Below, piece after piece: positions 10,223 through 20,856 of a stretch of DNA of 64,000 bases. The translations under genes were made by a program, and so were the position numbers. This DNA comes from Promethearchaeota archaeon (lineage in GTDB: Archaea; Asgardarchaeota; Lokiarchaeia; Sigyniarchaeales; SOKP01): assembly GCA_016839705.1 (NCBI GenBank), contig JAEOTR010000044.1:33874-97873 (forward strand), read 5' to 3'. Numbering within the stretch: the stretch's first letter is position 1; the number at the start of each line of letters is the position of its first letter. Below the pieces are notes generated by a model that was given only the letters and a program-made list of their open reading frames with translations, did not search any database and was not told the origin of the DNA.

Positions 10223-10795
10223 TTATAGAATCCCTTTAGTCGAAGGAATATCATTTGAAACTATCGTTTTTGCTTGTTTGATAGCCCTGGCCAGAGCTTT
10301 AAACGTTGCTTCGACTTTATGGTGCTGATCTTCTCCATAAAGGATATGAAGATGAAGGTTCATTTTTGCATTTTCTGCAAAAGAAGTAAAAAAATGTTTG
10401 ATATCTTCAATAGCAACGTCTTCTATCTCACATTCATTTAAGTTTAAGTTGAGAATCAAAGCTTGTCGACCGCTAAAATCTAATACACATCTCGCAAGGG
10501 TTTCATCCATTGGAATTAAGGCAGATCCATATCGATTTATGCCTTTTTTATCACCTAGAGCTTTTTGAAAGCTTTCTCCGAGTGCTATTCCAATATCCTC
10601 GACAATGTGATGAGTAAGATCTCCTTGTGCTGTTACCTCAAGATCACAATTAGAGTGTTTTGCTAACAATCTTAACATGTGATCTAAAAATTTTACACTA
10701 GTATCAATTTTATTTTCCCCAGAGCCATCCAGGTTTAGCTCAATTGATATTTCGGTTTCACTTGTTTTTCTTATAACATTAACGGTTCTTACCAT
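10223..10795 (-). CDS. hisB: Imidazoleglycerol-phosphate dehydratase
   Basis: RKTSETEI, FLDHML, HHIVEDIGIALG, PMDETL, HHKVEATFKA, PSTKG motifs. Confidence 0.97.
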   Translation of the reverse strand: MVRTVNVIRKTSETEISIELNLDGSGENKIDTSVKFLDHMLRLLAKHSNCDLEVTAQGDLTHHIVEDIGIALGESFQKALGDKKGINRYGSALIPMDETLARCVLDFSGRQALILNLNLNECEIEDVAIEDIKHFFTSFAENAKMNLHLHILYGEDQHHKVEATFKALARAIKQAKTIVSNDIPSTKGIL

Positions 10796-10862
10796 ATTGT
10801 TATCACCGAAGAATAATATTAATGCAAAGATTATATTTTTTGGGAAATTTCAATTAAGTATT

Positions 10863-12269
10863 ATGCTTAAAATTTCATTTATTGGTGCGGGATCTTTAGT
10901 TTTTGGAAGAAATCTTCTTACCGATATTGTAATGTTCCCCTCAATTCGTAAAGATACCATAATTTGCCTTGAAGATATAGATCCAAAGCGCTTAGATTTG
11001 ATGTTTAACTATATGCAAAAATATAAAGAGGATTATCCCAAAAACACAGAAGGGATTACTTTTGAAAAAACAACAAATCAGAAAAAGGCTGTGGAAGATG
11101 CAAAATATATTATTAATGCGGTTCATGTCGGGGGTTTAGAAGCTTATAAATTAGATATAGAAATCCCTTTCAAGTATGGTGTGAGTCAATGTATCGGAGA
11201 TTCTCTAGGTCCAGGAGGAATTTTCCGTTTTTTGAGAAGTATATCATTTTTTCAATCCCTATTAAAAGATATTCAAGATGTAGGATATAATGAAGGAAAC
11301 GAGGGTATCCAACCCCTTATCCTTAACTACACTAATCCTATGGCAATGAACACCTGGTATTGTAATAATTTAGTTTCAAATTCTACAGTGGGATTATGTC
11401 ACGGTGTTCAAGGTACTGCTGAATGGTTGGGATATATGATCAGTTCCATGAGATCGAGCAAGCTTACAATTGAAAATTTCAGTTATTTGTGCGCAGGAAT
11501 CAATCACATGGCTTGGTTTCTCGAAGTTCGATATAAGGATTCCACAAATTCTAACTCTCTATGGACGGATGCCTATCCTATCATTCGTGAATTTATAAGA
11601 AACAACCCTAAAGCCGTCGTAAGGGAAAAACTCCGGAATAACATGATGGAGGCAACAGGATTTTACATGACAGAGTCATCAGGTCATCTATCTGAATATC
11701 TCCCTTATTATCGTAAGAGAGAAGATCTTTTAGAGAAGTATAAAGGTGGCAATAAGGGTCATCCGAGTTTAAAACATTCAGAAGATTATAATATGCAAGT
11801 TCAATATCAAGGACAATTGGAAGAATGGTTCCTGAAACAAATGAAATATGAAAAATTAAGATCCAAAGAGAAACCATCTGGAGAATATGCTTCTAAAATA
11901 ATTAATGCAATGGAAACTGGAATCCCATTTCGTTTTAATGGAAATATTCAAAATACAGAGGGAAGTTTAATAACCAATTTGCCTAAAGAATGTTGTGTGG
12001 AAATTCCGATCTTTGCTGATGCGCATGGGCTACACCCTCAAGGAGGAATTGAATTACCGACAATATGTCAAGCACTTTGCATGTCAAATATAATGGTACA
12101 AAAAGCGGCAGTAGAGGGAGCACTTGAATTAAATAAAGAGAGAATTTTTCATGCTGTGATGCTAGATCCCAATACAGCAAGTGTTAGTTCTCCTACGGAA
12201 ATTCGAGAGATGGTAGATGAAATGTTCGAAAAGGAAGCAAAATGGATACCTAATTTTAACGGTTCATGA
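10863..12269 (+). CDS. Glycoside hydrolase family 4 (NAD+-dependent alpha-galactosidase/glucosidase, MelA-like)
   Basis: MLKISFIGAGS, GDSLGPGGIFR, LNYTNPM, GLCHGV, AGINHMAW, ESSGHLSEY. Start moved to ATG 10863. Confidence 0.92.
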   Translation: MLKISFIGAGSLVFGRNLLTDIVMFPSIRKDTIICLEDIDPKRLDLMFNYMQKYKEDYPKNTEGITFEKTTNQKKAVEDAKYIINAVHVGGLEAYKLDIEIPFKYGVSQCIGDSLGPGGIFRFLRSISFFQSLLKDIQDVGYNEGNEGIQPLILNYTNPMAMNTWYCNNLVSNSTVGLCHGVQGTAEWLGYMISSMRSSKLTIENFSYLCAGINHMAWFLEVRYKDSTNSNSLWTDAYPIIREFIRNNPKAVVREKLRNNMMEATGFYMTESSGHLSEYLPYYRKREDLLEKYKGGNKGHPSLKHSEDYNMQVQYQGQLEEWFLKQMKYEKLRSKEKPSGEYASKIINAMETGIPFRFNGNIQNTEGSLITNLPKECCVEIPIFADAHGLHPQGGIELPTICQALCMSNIMVQKAAVEGALELNKERIFHAVMLDPNTASVSSPTEIREMVDEMFEKEAKWIPNFNGS

Positions 12270-14175
12270 ATTTTAAAATATGTTGCTTTTGTGAACCTGG
12301 AATCGCGTAGATTCTAAATACAAGATCATCTATCTCTTTTTGTATATTTTCCAATTTTTTACTATCTTTTTCATTAGACCACAATAAGATTTTAGTTCTT
12401 TCAATTATTTTTAATGCAATTTCTTTTTCTTTTTCATTATTGGGAACTTTAATAGGGAGATCTTTAATTTTTTCAATTAGGATTCTTGGAAACAACTTTT
12501 TATAAGAACCGAATAACTTTAGAAAAAAATAAGATAAAAGTAAAGAATTTAATATTCCAAGAAAATATATATTGTTAAATTCCATAATAGGAGATTGACA
12601 AACTTTTAAATTATAGAACGATTGAGAGGTGAAAGATAAATCTTTATCATATGTGGCACAGATTAAGTTATTCTGGCTTAATTGTCTAATTATAATCCGA
12701 TCCTTATAGATTTCTGAATTCTTATAGTTAATTCCTTTTTTTTTTACTTCAATATATTTATAATTACGGATTTGATAACGCTGTATTGAATCTATAAATA
12801 ATTCAAAACACCTCTTTTTATTTTGAGGAATTAAATCAAAGATAATTTTTTCAATATTTCCTTCTTCTAGATAAGTTTTACAGTCAGGACAAACAAATTC
12901 CTTTTTAGGTATTGGAAAATATTTTTTACACTCTTTACAATAGATTATCTCTCCTTTTTTTGTTAATTCAACCCCCCTACTCAATAAAAACTTAAAACCA
13001 TCTTTTACCATTAGTTCTCGCAATTTAGGAAAATTCTCGGTTAAATAAATAATGATTGAAATATCATCTTCATCAAGGTGAATTAAAAACTTATAACCCC
13101 AGCTTTTCAAAGACTTTTGAAGGATCTCTTTTTGTGGTTGATTTTCAATTTTAACTTTAATCCAATTATTCTCTCTCTCTTCGATGTTTGGTTCTTTTTT
13201 CAAAATTAGAATCATGTTAGAAACAACAGGATCTTCGAATTTGGGACCAGAATGATAAATTTCTTTTATATTTGTAGTATCAAAGATGTATTTCCTAATT
13301 TTTGAACGGTTTGAGAGTGCCAGTAAGGAATCTGGAACAATATAACCCAGTACTCCTCTTTTTTTTAATAATTTTATACCAAGTTCAATAAAAATTTGAA
13401 AATAATCATATTGACCTTTTCCCGTTTTAAAATTCATGTTCTTGATAACTTGGCGCTGTACTCTAGGTATATCTCTTATAAATAAATATGGGGGATTTCC
13501 AACAATAAAATCAAATTGCTCAGGTTTATCAATTATCATAGCATCAAGATTTTTTATATTAAAAAGCGGTAAATGATAATCCTCTTCCTCCTCTTTAATT
13601 AATTTAACAATTTCAAAGAGACAATGATGAATATTAATTTGACACAAAATGCAAGCCACAGGATTTATATCTATACCATAAATCGTCTCATTTATACTCT
13701 TGATAATAGTTTTTGCTTCTAATAGTAATAACTCCTGAATTTCTCTGTGGTTGTATATTTTAAGATATCTTAAAATTAAAATTCTAATTGCGAAAATTAC
13801 AAAATTACCAACACCACAACTCAGATCTATTATTTTTTTGTTTTCAATTTCATTAGAGGATCCATACCCAGCTGCTTCCAAGATATAACTAACAATAGAA
13901 TTAGGAGTATAATACTGTCCCAAGCCTTTTCTTTCTTCACGTTTTAAAAAATCTTCGTAAATTGCTCCCAAGAATTCATAATTTGAATTTAACACTTCAC
14001 CATTCTCATTCTGTACATCTATCTCTTTAATAAGATTAAATAAGAAATTCTCTCTTTCTAATTGTTCTGGATCTACTTGATAATACTCAAACAGCTTTTT
14101 TAGTAAATCTTCTTTTTCTAGATAGTCACTGAAATCTTTCATATCTGAGAAGAATTCGACATCAATACTTAACAA
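12256..14175 (-). CDS. N6-adenine DNA methyltransferase (TaqI/Eco57I-like, gamma class) with C-terminal TRD and a Zn-ribbon insert
   Basis: GQYYTP, DLSCGVGNF (motif I), GNPPY (motif IV), YFLGILNS..IKDLPI (TaqI_C-like). Insert CKEC..CPDC. Confidence 0.9.
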   Translation of the reverse strand: MLSIDVEFFSDMKDFSDYLEKEDLLKKLFEYYQVDPEQLERENFLFNLIKEIDVQNENGEVLNSNYEFLGAIYEDFLKREERKGLGQYYTPNSIVSYILEAAGYGSSNEIENKKIIDLSCGVGNFVIFAIRILILRYLKIYNHREIQELLLLEAKTIIKSINETIYGIDINPVACILCQINIHHCLFEIVKLIKEEEEDYHLPLFNIKNLDAMIIDKPEQFDFIVGNPPYLFIRDIPRVQRQVIKNMNFKTGKGQYDYFQIFIELGIKLLKKRGVLGYIVPDSLLALSNRSKIRKYIFDTTNIKEIYHSGPKFEDPVVSNMILILKKEPNIEERENNWIKVKIENQPQKEILQKSLKSWGYKFLIHLDEDDISIIIYLTENFPKLRELMVKDGFKFLLSRGVELTKKGEIIYCKECKKYFPIPKKEFVCPDCKTYLEEGNIEKIIFDLIPQNKKRCFELFIDSIQRYQIRNYKYIEVKKKGINYKNSEIYKDRIIIRQLSQNNLICATYDKDLSFTSQSFYNLKVCQSPIMEFNNIYFLGILNSLLLSYFFLKLFGSYKKLFPRILIEKIKDLPIKVPNNEKEKEIALKIIERTKILLWSNEKDSKKLENIQKEIDDLVFRIYAIPGSQKQHILKFMNR

Positions 14176-14362
14176 TAGGGTTATATTCTATTTTTTCTTT
14201 TTTATTTGCTATTTAATAGGATATTATAATTATGAATCTGTTTTAGTTATGAGAAATAATGAAAAATGAAAAGGGTTCCAATTTATTACACATTTATATA
14301 ATAATGAACTATATATCTCTTATCTAAATAATGAAATTCAATCCCTTAGCTAAGAAACTATT

Positions 14363-15466
14363 ATGATTTTAAGTTTAATCTCGATTATCATATCAACCAT
14401 TATTTCTGTATTTGGCATTACTTTTGTTATTTTAAATTGGGAAAATTATGGGACAATTTTAAATACAGTTCTTAACATCTTTCTTTATTTGTTTTTAGGT
14501 ATGATTTTCCTACCTTTATATGTTTTATCAACCGATACGTTTTTAACCCCAAATATAGCCTTGATGCTATGGAGATTGTCAATCGTTTTTTGGATTATAT
14601 CTATAGCTGTGTTAAGTATTATTCAAATTTTCATAATTAAAGTCAGAAGAATAACTCCCCTACCCTCAATTTTCTACGCCCTAATAGGTGGCTTAATATT
14701 AAGTTTAACTTATCTTTCTAATTCTATTGAAATTTTCCAGGTAAGCCCAAATAACTATTATTTCGTTTTTAACAATTTAGGTTTAATAACAATTCTTTTA
14801 GTATATAATCTAATGATATTTTCTTTTATGTGGTATAACATAATAATTAATTTCTCAAAATTTCGCGATAAACAAATTGGAAAGAATTTAGGATTTCTCA
14901 CGCTTAATTTCTCTTTCATCATAATATTTTACTCTTTATATTTAATTTTTCAGAATATTCTATTTGAATATATCTATATATCAATATATCTAGTTGGGGC
15001 ATTGATCGCAACTTATAATATATATAAGAAGCCTGCTTTGTTCATTGAACTTACTAATAAGATATATAACTTTATCATATTCCATAAGAGTGGGATTTTA
15101 TTGTATTCGTATAATTTTGAAACTGGAAAAGAAACAGATGATTCTCTACTGAAGGGTTCAATACTAATTGGGATAAATCACATATTATCAAGTTTAGTAG
15201 ATAAAAAAGAGCAATTAAACCTCATTAAGATGAAGGATAGAGATATACTCTTTGAATACGATACTTCAAATGGTTACGCGATTTTGCTAACGACAAATCA
15301 TAAAAATACTTTTATTAAGAAAGCGGTGAGGAGTTTTATGGAAGAATTTTCTAAATTAAATTATGAAAAGTTTGAAAATATGAACGGTTTAATAGATGTT
15401 TCAGAATTCGGAAATGCGAAAAAACTAATTCTTGAATTTTTTGCCCCTTATATAATAAATCATTAA
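14363..15466 (+). CDS. 7TM membrane protein with C-terminal longin-like domain
   Basis: Seven hydrophobic segments, then IYNFIIFHKSGILLYSYNF..GSILIGINHILSSL..ILFEY..YAILLTTN. Confidence 0.75.
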   Translation: MILSLISIIISTIISVFGITFVILNWENYGTILNTVLNIFLYLFLGMIFLPLYVLSTDTFLTPNIALMLWRLSIVFWIISIAVLSIIQIFIIKVRRITPLPSIFYALIGGLILSLTYLSNSIEIFQVSPNNYYFVFNNLGLITILLVYNLMIFSFMWYNIIINFSKFRDKQIGKNLGFLTLNFSFIIIFYSLYLIFQNILFEYIYISIYLVGALIATYNIYKKPALFIELTNKIYNFIIFHKSGILLYSYNFETGKETDDSLLKGSILIGINHILSSLVDKKEQLNLIKMKDRDILFEYDTSNGYAILLTTNHKNTFIKKAVRSFMEEFSKLNYEKFENMNGLIDVSEFGNAKKLILEFFAPYIINH

Positions 15467-15677
15467 ATTTCTCTAAGTAAGAAGCTTTGCAAATCTAGGG
15501 ATTTTTCATATATTTAGCTTTATTTGACATAAATGTATATTTCATAAGAAAAAATCTTAATTATTAACTTGTGTTCTATAATATTCATTAGAATGTTTGT
15601 TTGAAATTTCAAGCGAAAAGAAATCAAAAACGATTAAATAAATTAATAAAGAAAATTTCTGCTAATTAGACAAATAG

Positions 15678-16823
15678 ATGTACGCTGTATTCTTTATTTT
15701 ATTAGAAATTGGGTATTTTTCCATTTTATGTTTATGTGTGTTTACCTTAATTCAAATTATTCGATTTCAACAAAATTATGGAGTGAAATTTATAGCATTT
15801 TTAAACTTCTTAACGATCTTCAATGTCATTCTCATCTATTCCTCTATCTATATCAGTTCAATTACCATATATTTCTCCGACACCATCAATATTATCATGT
15901 GGAAGATTTCAATAGTTTCTGGTTTTGTGAGTCTAATTTTAACATCTTTGATTTTCACCTTCTTAAAAGAATATAAAAAAATTCCAGATTTTCCCTTTTT
16001 AATTTTTATTGCACTTCTTGGATTTTTAATTGGAGCGTTATTTTATCCTGATTCAATTCAAATAGAGATAAGTATCTCAAATACTCCTCCCTTCTTCTTG
16101 TTAGATCCTTCTCACATTAATTATTCGTATAATATAATAACGGGGTTAATAATAAGTATATTCCAAGGTTCCATTGTGTTCTATTACTTCATTCTCTCCT
16201 ATATGATTTATACAAAAGCTAGAAATAAAGATATTACTAAAGGACTTATCTATAATACCATTATTTTTACAGTTCCAATAATAATGTATATCTTATACCT
16301 CACCCTTAATCTTCCTATTTTTAGGGAATTACATATCCTTAGTTTATGGATTACAATATCTGGCTTATGTGTACTTCTACTTAAGAAACCTGAAATGTTC
16401 TTGGAATTGACAAATAAAATTTATTATATTAATATCTATCATAAGTCTGGAATTTTACTTTATTCTTATCACTTCGATAAGTCTCAAGACGAAATAGATT
16501 CAGCGATTTGGGGAAATATTCTAATAGGCCTTAACCATATTTTATCTGAATTCGTAGATAAACATAATCAAATCGATGTTCTTCAAACGAGAAATACAGA
16601 TATAATTGTAAATTATGACGAGTTTGGTTTTGCGGTTGTTTTAATTACGAACAAAAAAAATGCTATTTTGAATAATTTAATGAAGCAATTTACATTAAAA
16701 TTTAGAAATAAATATAAAAATGAATTACTTGAAATTCAAGATCTCAATAAATTAATAAATGTCTCCGAGTTTACTGAAACAAAAGAATTAATTGAAAAAG
16801 ACTTTAGTCTCTACCTCTCGTAA
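15678..16823 (+). CDS. 7TM membrane protein with C-terminal longin-like domain (paralogue of 14363-15466)
   Basis: Shares KP.xF.ELTNKIY..I.HKSGILLYSY.F, ILIG.NHILS and LI.VSEF motifs with the upstream gene. Confidence 0.75.
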   Translation: MYAVFFILLEIGYFSILCLCVFTLIQIIRFQQNYGVKFIAFLNFLTIFNVILIYSSIYISSITIYFSDTINIIMWKISIVSGFVSLILTSLIFTFLKEYKKIPDFPFLIFIALLGFLIGALFYPDSIQIEISISNTPPFFLLDPSHINYSYNIITGLIISIFQGSIVFYYFILSYMIYTKARNKDITKGLIYNTIIFTVPIIMYILYLTLNLPIFRELHILSLWITISGLCVLLLKKPEMFLELTNKIYYINIYHKSGILLYSYHFDKSQDEIDSAIWGNILIGLNHILSEFVDKHNQIDVLQTRNTDIIVNYDEFGFAVVLITNKKNAILNNLMKQFTLKFRNKYKNELLEIQDLNKLINVSEFTETKELIEKDFSLYLS

Positions 16824-16968
16824 TATCTATTTTGAAGCGTATAATTTTAGTAATTTCTTCAAATAATTAAGCTACAAATTTAGACTATGAAAATTTTTAA
16901 TATTATCAAAATAAATTACTCTTAAACTAAAAAACTGAATTTATTTGTATTATTTTTGGTGTTTAAAA

Positions 16969-17562
16969 ATGTCATTAAAATTTTGCCCTAAATGTGGAAA
17001 TAAATTAGAAACAGATGCATCTTTTTGTGATGCATGTGGAGCAGACTTAAAAATTAGAACAGAAATCCCTAGTGAAGTCTCTCCTGCATTAACACAAACC
17101 GCTCAAGAACCGAAATTGAAACCAAAAAGAGTAATATATGCTTACTCTTTAAAAAGAATAATCGCACAAATCCTTGACAGTATTTTTATCATTTTGATTG
17201 GATCTGCCTTTTCATGGCTCCTAATTAACCCTTGGTTTCCTATAAATTTCTTTGATCCATTTAGAGCATGGTGGTTTACGTTTCCTTTTGATTGGTTTGC
17301 AGGATTTTTATACCATTGGTTAATGGAAGCGAATAATAATGGTCAAACATTAGGTAAAATGGTACTAAGTATTAGGACTGTTGATGAAAAAACTCTTGGG
17401 CAAGCGAATTCTAGGAATTTAGCAATAAATAATATTTTCAAAGGTTCACCTCTTCTATTATTAGATATACTTATTGGAATGGCAAAAAATTCTGGAGATC
17501 CTAAGAAAAGGCTTAGAATCATGCAAAATGTCTCAGAAACAGTAGTGATCTTTGTTAAGTAA
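16969..17562 (+). CDS. Zinc-ribbon + RDD family membrane protein
   Basis: FCPKCG..FCDACG, then KRIIAQILD and GQTLGKMVLSIR. ATG 16969 preferred as start. Confidence 0.85.
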   Translation: MSLKFCPKCGNKLETDASFCDACGADLKIRTEIPSEVSPALTQTAQEPKLKPKRVIYAYSLKRIIAQILDSIFIILIGSAFSWLLINPWFPINFFDPFRAWWFTFPFDWFAGFLYHWLMEANNNGQTLGKMVLSIRTVDEKTLGQANSRNLAINNIFKGSPLLLLDILIGMAKNSGDPKKRLRIMQNVSETVVIFVK

Positions 17563-17641
17563 GACACTCCAATATTTATATTAACTTTTTTCCTAACTTT
17601 AATACTTATTCAGAAAATTGCTGGCTCCTTAATATTTATAA

Positions 17642-17881
17642 ATGTGTATTAATATGAATAAAAGTATGCCAAGAATGCAAATATGTCAAGATGGTGAATG
17701 GGCTCGTGATTGGGAAATCATTGTGAAAATATTTGATACGATCGATAATTTACAATCACAATTTGAGCAATTAGACGTTACCTATTTACGTGAAATACAA
17801 CAAAAAATTCTAATTTTAAACCTTGAAAAATACGCGTTTTCCCTTCAAAATTATATTATTCAGAAATATTCGCAAGATTAA
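17642..17881 (+). CDS. Small hypothetical helical protein
   Basis: 79-aa ORF between co-oriented genes, no motif. Confidence 0.55.
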   Translation: MCINMNKSMPRMQICQDGEWARDWEIIVKIFDTIDNLQSQFEQLDVTYLREIQQKILILNLEKYAFSLQNYIIQKYSQD

Positions 17882-17992
17882 TTCATCTGATAATATTTGA
17901 TGCTAAAATTTTGGGTAGATCGTAAATTGTGGAAATCTATATTAAGCAACTTTGCAAATATATATAGAAAGATACAATCTTGTGACTAATTT

Positions 17993-19387
17993 ATGAATGA
18001 ATCAAAAATACAATCAAAAACGAAATTTGAAGGATTTGGAAGAAGGCAAAAATGGAGTTTTGGAATGGGAAGTTTTTCTCAATGGTTTATCAATAGTGCG
18101 TTTAATATCTGGGTTTTTACATTTTATTTTACCGCTGTAAGAATCCCTATTGGATGGTATATCCTTGCAGCAGTAATTTGGACACTTTGGAATGCTTTAA
18201 ATGATCCATTGATAGGGTATCTTTCAGATCGGACGCATACTCGATGGGGGCGTAGAAAACCCTTTATTATGCTGGGAACCATCCCAATTATTATATTAGA
18301 AATCATAATCTGGACACCTCCATTGAACAATGACGTTATTAAATTCGTATATTTGCTTATAATGTTATTTTGTTATGATACATTCTACACGATGGTGTCT
18401 CTACCTTTTGATGCTCTGTTTCCAGAGCTCTATACAACCGTTGAAGACAGAGCAGAAGTAAACTCAATAAAACAAATTTTATCAGTTATTGGCTTACTCG
18501 CAGCAGCATTAGTTCCTGGTCTCTTAATTGATGATATCGCCACTATAGACGGGTATTTGCTAAATGGTATCGTAACTTCAATAATTGTTGGGATATCTTT
18601 GGTAATATCGTTAAGATGGGGCGTGATTGAACGTGAAGAGTTTAAATTCGATTATAAAAGTGAATTGAATTTCTTTAAAAGTTTGAAATATACATTGAAG
18701 AACAAAGCTTTTGTGCTCTATACAATTATGTTTTTTCTATATGAATATGTATTACTTCTACTTGGTACTGTGGTTCAGATATTTGGCAGAAATGTGTTAA
18801 ATAGCTCCCCATTTGAAACATCTCTAATAATGGGCATAATGTACATAATAGGTGTACTCACGGTTCCTGTATGGAGATGGTTAGATTTAAAAATAGGGAG
18901 TAGAAAAGCATATGCCATATCGATTGTAGCCTATTTAATTGGATCATTTCCGTTGTTATTAATCGATTCATATATGTTTACTCTCGTTGCTGCAATATTT
19001 ATGGGTTTTGGATTTGGAGGTATGTTATATTTCATTTATTTAATCATTGCTGATGTTATTGATGAAGATGAGTTAAAAACTGGAATAAGGCGTGAGGGAG
19101 CATTTTTTGGAGTCACTAACTTCTTCATGAGGTTAGCGATGATTCTATCAATTCTGACAGTTGGATTTGTCTTTACACAAGTAGATTGGGAGGTGTATAC
19201 ACCTACTGGCGCTATTGGAGAAATAGTCGCTCTTAGAATGCTCATGTATGTATTTCCCGCTATATCCTTACTCATAACCTTAATATGCCTTTATTTTTAT
19301 CCATTTACAAAATCTAAGGTAGAAGAGATTAAAGGAAAAATAATAGAATTACATAAAGAAAAGGGAGAGAAAGTCAAAACGGCTTAA
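17993..19387 (+). CDS. MFS transporter, GPH (MelB/UidB-like) sugar:cation symporter
   Basis: WNALNDPLIGYLSDRT.TRWGRRKPF and IADVIDEDELKTGIRREGAFFG, about 12 TMs. Confidence 0.93.
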   Translation: MNESKIQSKTKFEGFGRRQKWSFGMGSFSQWFINSAFNIWVFTFYFTAVRIPIGWYILAAVIWTLWNALNDPLIGYLSDRTHTRWGRRKPFIMLGTIPIIILEIIIWTPPLNNDVIKFVYLLIMLFCYDTFYTMVSLPFDALFPELYTTVEDRAEVNSIKQILSVIGLLAAALVPGLLIDDIATIDGYLLNGIVTSIIVGISLVISLRWGVIEREEFKFDYKSELNFFKSLKYTLKNKAFVLYTIMFFLYEYVLLLLGTVVQIFGRNVLNSSPFETSLIMGIMYIIGVLTVPVWRWLDLKIGSRKAYAISIVAYLIGSFPLLLIDSYMFTLVAAIFMGFGFGGMLYFIYLIIADVIDEDELKTGIRREGAFFGVTNFFMRLAMILSILTVGFVFTQVDWEVYTPTGAIGEIVALRMLMYVFPAISLLITLICLYFYPFTKSKVEEIKGKIIELHKEKGEKVKTA

Positions 19388-19445
19388 TAACTATTTAATT
19401 CTACAATTTCAAATATCTTTTTTTTTATATATATTTTTGTACGTT

Positions 19446-20723
19446 TTATATTTGGTTTAATGCTTGTTCCAAATCATTTATTAAATCTTTTGGATCCTCT
19501 AACCCAACAGAAAATCTAAAATGAGAATTTGATATACCCATAGATTTCTTTTCCCATGAAGCAAGGTCAATCCCTGTCATCAAAGTTGTATATTCTAATA
19601 ACGAAGTTGTATCACCCAAAGATACCCCTACTTTTATTAATTTCAAAAGCTCTATAAATTCATTACTTACTTCCCCAGATTCTAACTCAAAACCTATCAT
19701 TCCCCCAAAATCTAGCATCTGTTTTTTTGCGATTTCATGATTAGGGTGTGATTTTAAACCAGGATAAACCACTTTTATTACCTTCGGATGTTGTTCTAAA
19801 AACTCAGCAATTTCCATTGCATTTGAAGAATGACGAGACATTCGTAAACCAAGTGTTCTAATTCCTCGCAATATTAACCACGCATTAAACGGACTCAAAA
19901 CTTGACCTTGCGTTTCTAACCAAAAATAGCGTATATTTTGAATTTCGGTTTTAGTGCCTATAATCACCCCACCTAAACAATCTCCATGACCATTAATATA
20001 TTTTGTAAGGCTCTCAACTACGAGATCTGCTCCAAATTTCAGCGGTTTTTGAAGAGCTGGAGATGCAAATGTATTATCAACGATACATTTTCCACCAACC
20101 TCATGAATAATATCTGCACAGGCTTTAATATCAACAATATCTATTTTAGGATTAGTAGGTGATTCAAGTAAGATTAATTTAGTATTCTCATCAACTACTT
20201 TTTTTACTTCTGCTAGATCACAGAGATTTACTATTTTAAAATCAATTCCCATTTGAGGATAAATTTTTGTAATTAAACGGTAAACACCAGTATATTGGTT
20301 ATTATGAATCACTATAGATGGTATATCATTTGGATTAGATTGGGGTAATAATTTTTTAATCTTATTTGGTCGAATTCGTTCAACACGTTTTTGTAAAACG
20401 CTTGAGCACGCAAGATGAATTGCTCCCATTCCCGATCCGACTGATATAGCTCTTTCGCCTCCATGAAGAGTAGCTAATTTATTGTCTAAAGCATAGAGAG
20501 TTGGGTTTTCAGTACGAGAATAAAAATAGTGACTTTGAAGGAATTCACTTAATGAAGAGTAAGTATAAGATTTTGTAGCATAGAGAGGTATTCGAAGACT
20601 ATGTGATGTCTCTAGATAAGGATCCTCACCAGCACGCATTAATTGAGTATCAAACTTAAGAAGATCCCATCTATCTCGATTTTCCCTATTTGTTTCCTGA
20701 AAAGATTTTTTTTCTTCTGACAA
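19446..20723 (-). CDS. PLP-dependent Cys/Met metabolism enzyme (methionine gamma-lyase / cystathionine gamma-synthase family)
   Basis: YSRTENPT, SGMGAI, ESPTNP, VDNTFASP, ESLTKYINGHGD (PLP lysine), VSLGD, RFSVGLE. Confidence 0.92.
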   Translation of the reverse strand: MSEEKKSFQETNRENRDRWDLLKFDTQLMRAGEDPYLETSHSLRIPLYATKSYTYSSLSEFLQSHYFYSRTENPTLYALDNKLATLHGGERAISVGSGMGAIHLACSSVLQKRVERIRPNKIKKLLPQSNPNDIPSIVIHNNQYTGVYRLITKIYPQMGIDFKIVNLCDLAEVKKVVDENTKLILLESPTNPKIDIVDIKACADIIHEVGGKCIVDNTFASPALQKPLKFGADLVVESLTKYINGHGDCLGGVIIGTKTEIQNIRYFWLETQGQVLSPFNAWLILRGIRTLGLRMSRHSSNAMEIAEFLEQHPKVIKVVYPGLKSHPNHEIAKKQMLDFGGMIGFELESGEVSNEFIELLKLIKVGVSLGDTTSLLEYTTLMTGIDLASWEKKSMGISNSHFRFSVGLEDPKDLINDLEQALNQI

Positions 20724-20856
20724 TTACCTCACATACTTATTTAAGTCGGATTAATTTCATAAGATATAATTTTACAATAATGAGTTTTAAGATAAACTTT
20801 TTTACAAATTTTCAATTATAAAACTGAAATTCATTCAATTTTGTTTTAAATCCAAA

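Noticed and set aside
10797-10862. N-terminal extension of the GH4 ORF
   Set aside because: It would leave no promoter space next to the divergent hisB. The GH4 motif starts at MLKISFIGAGS.
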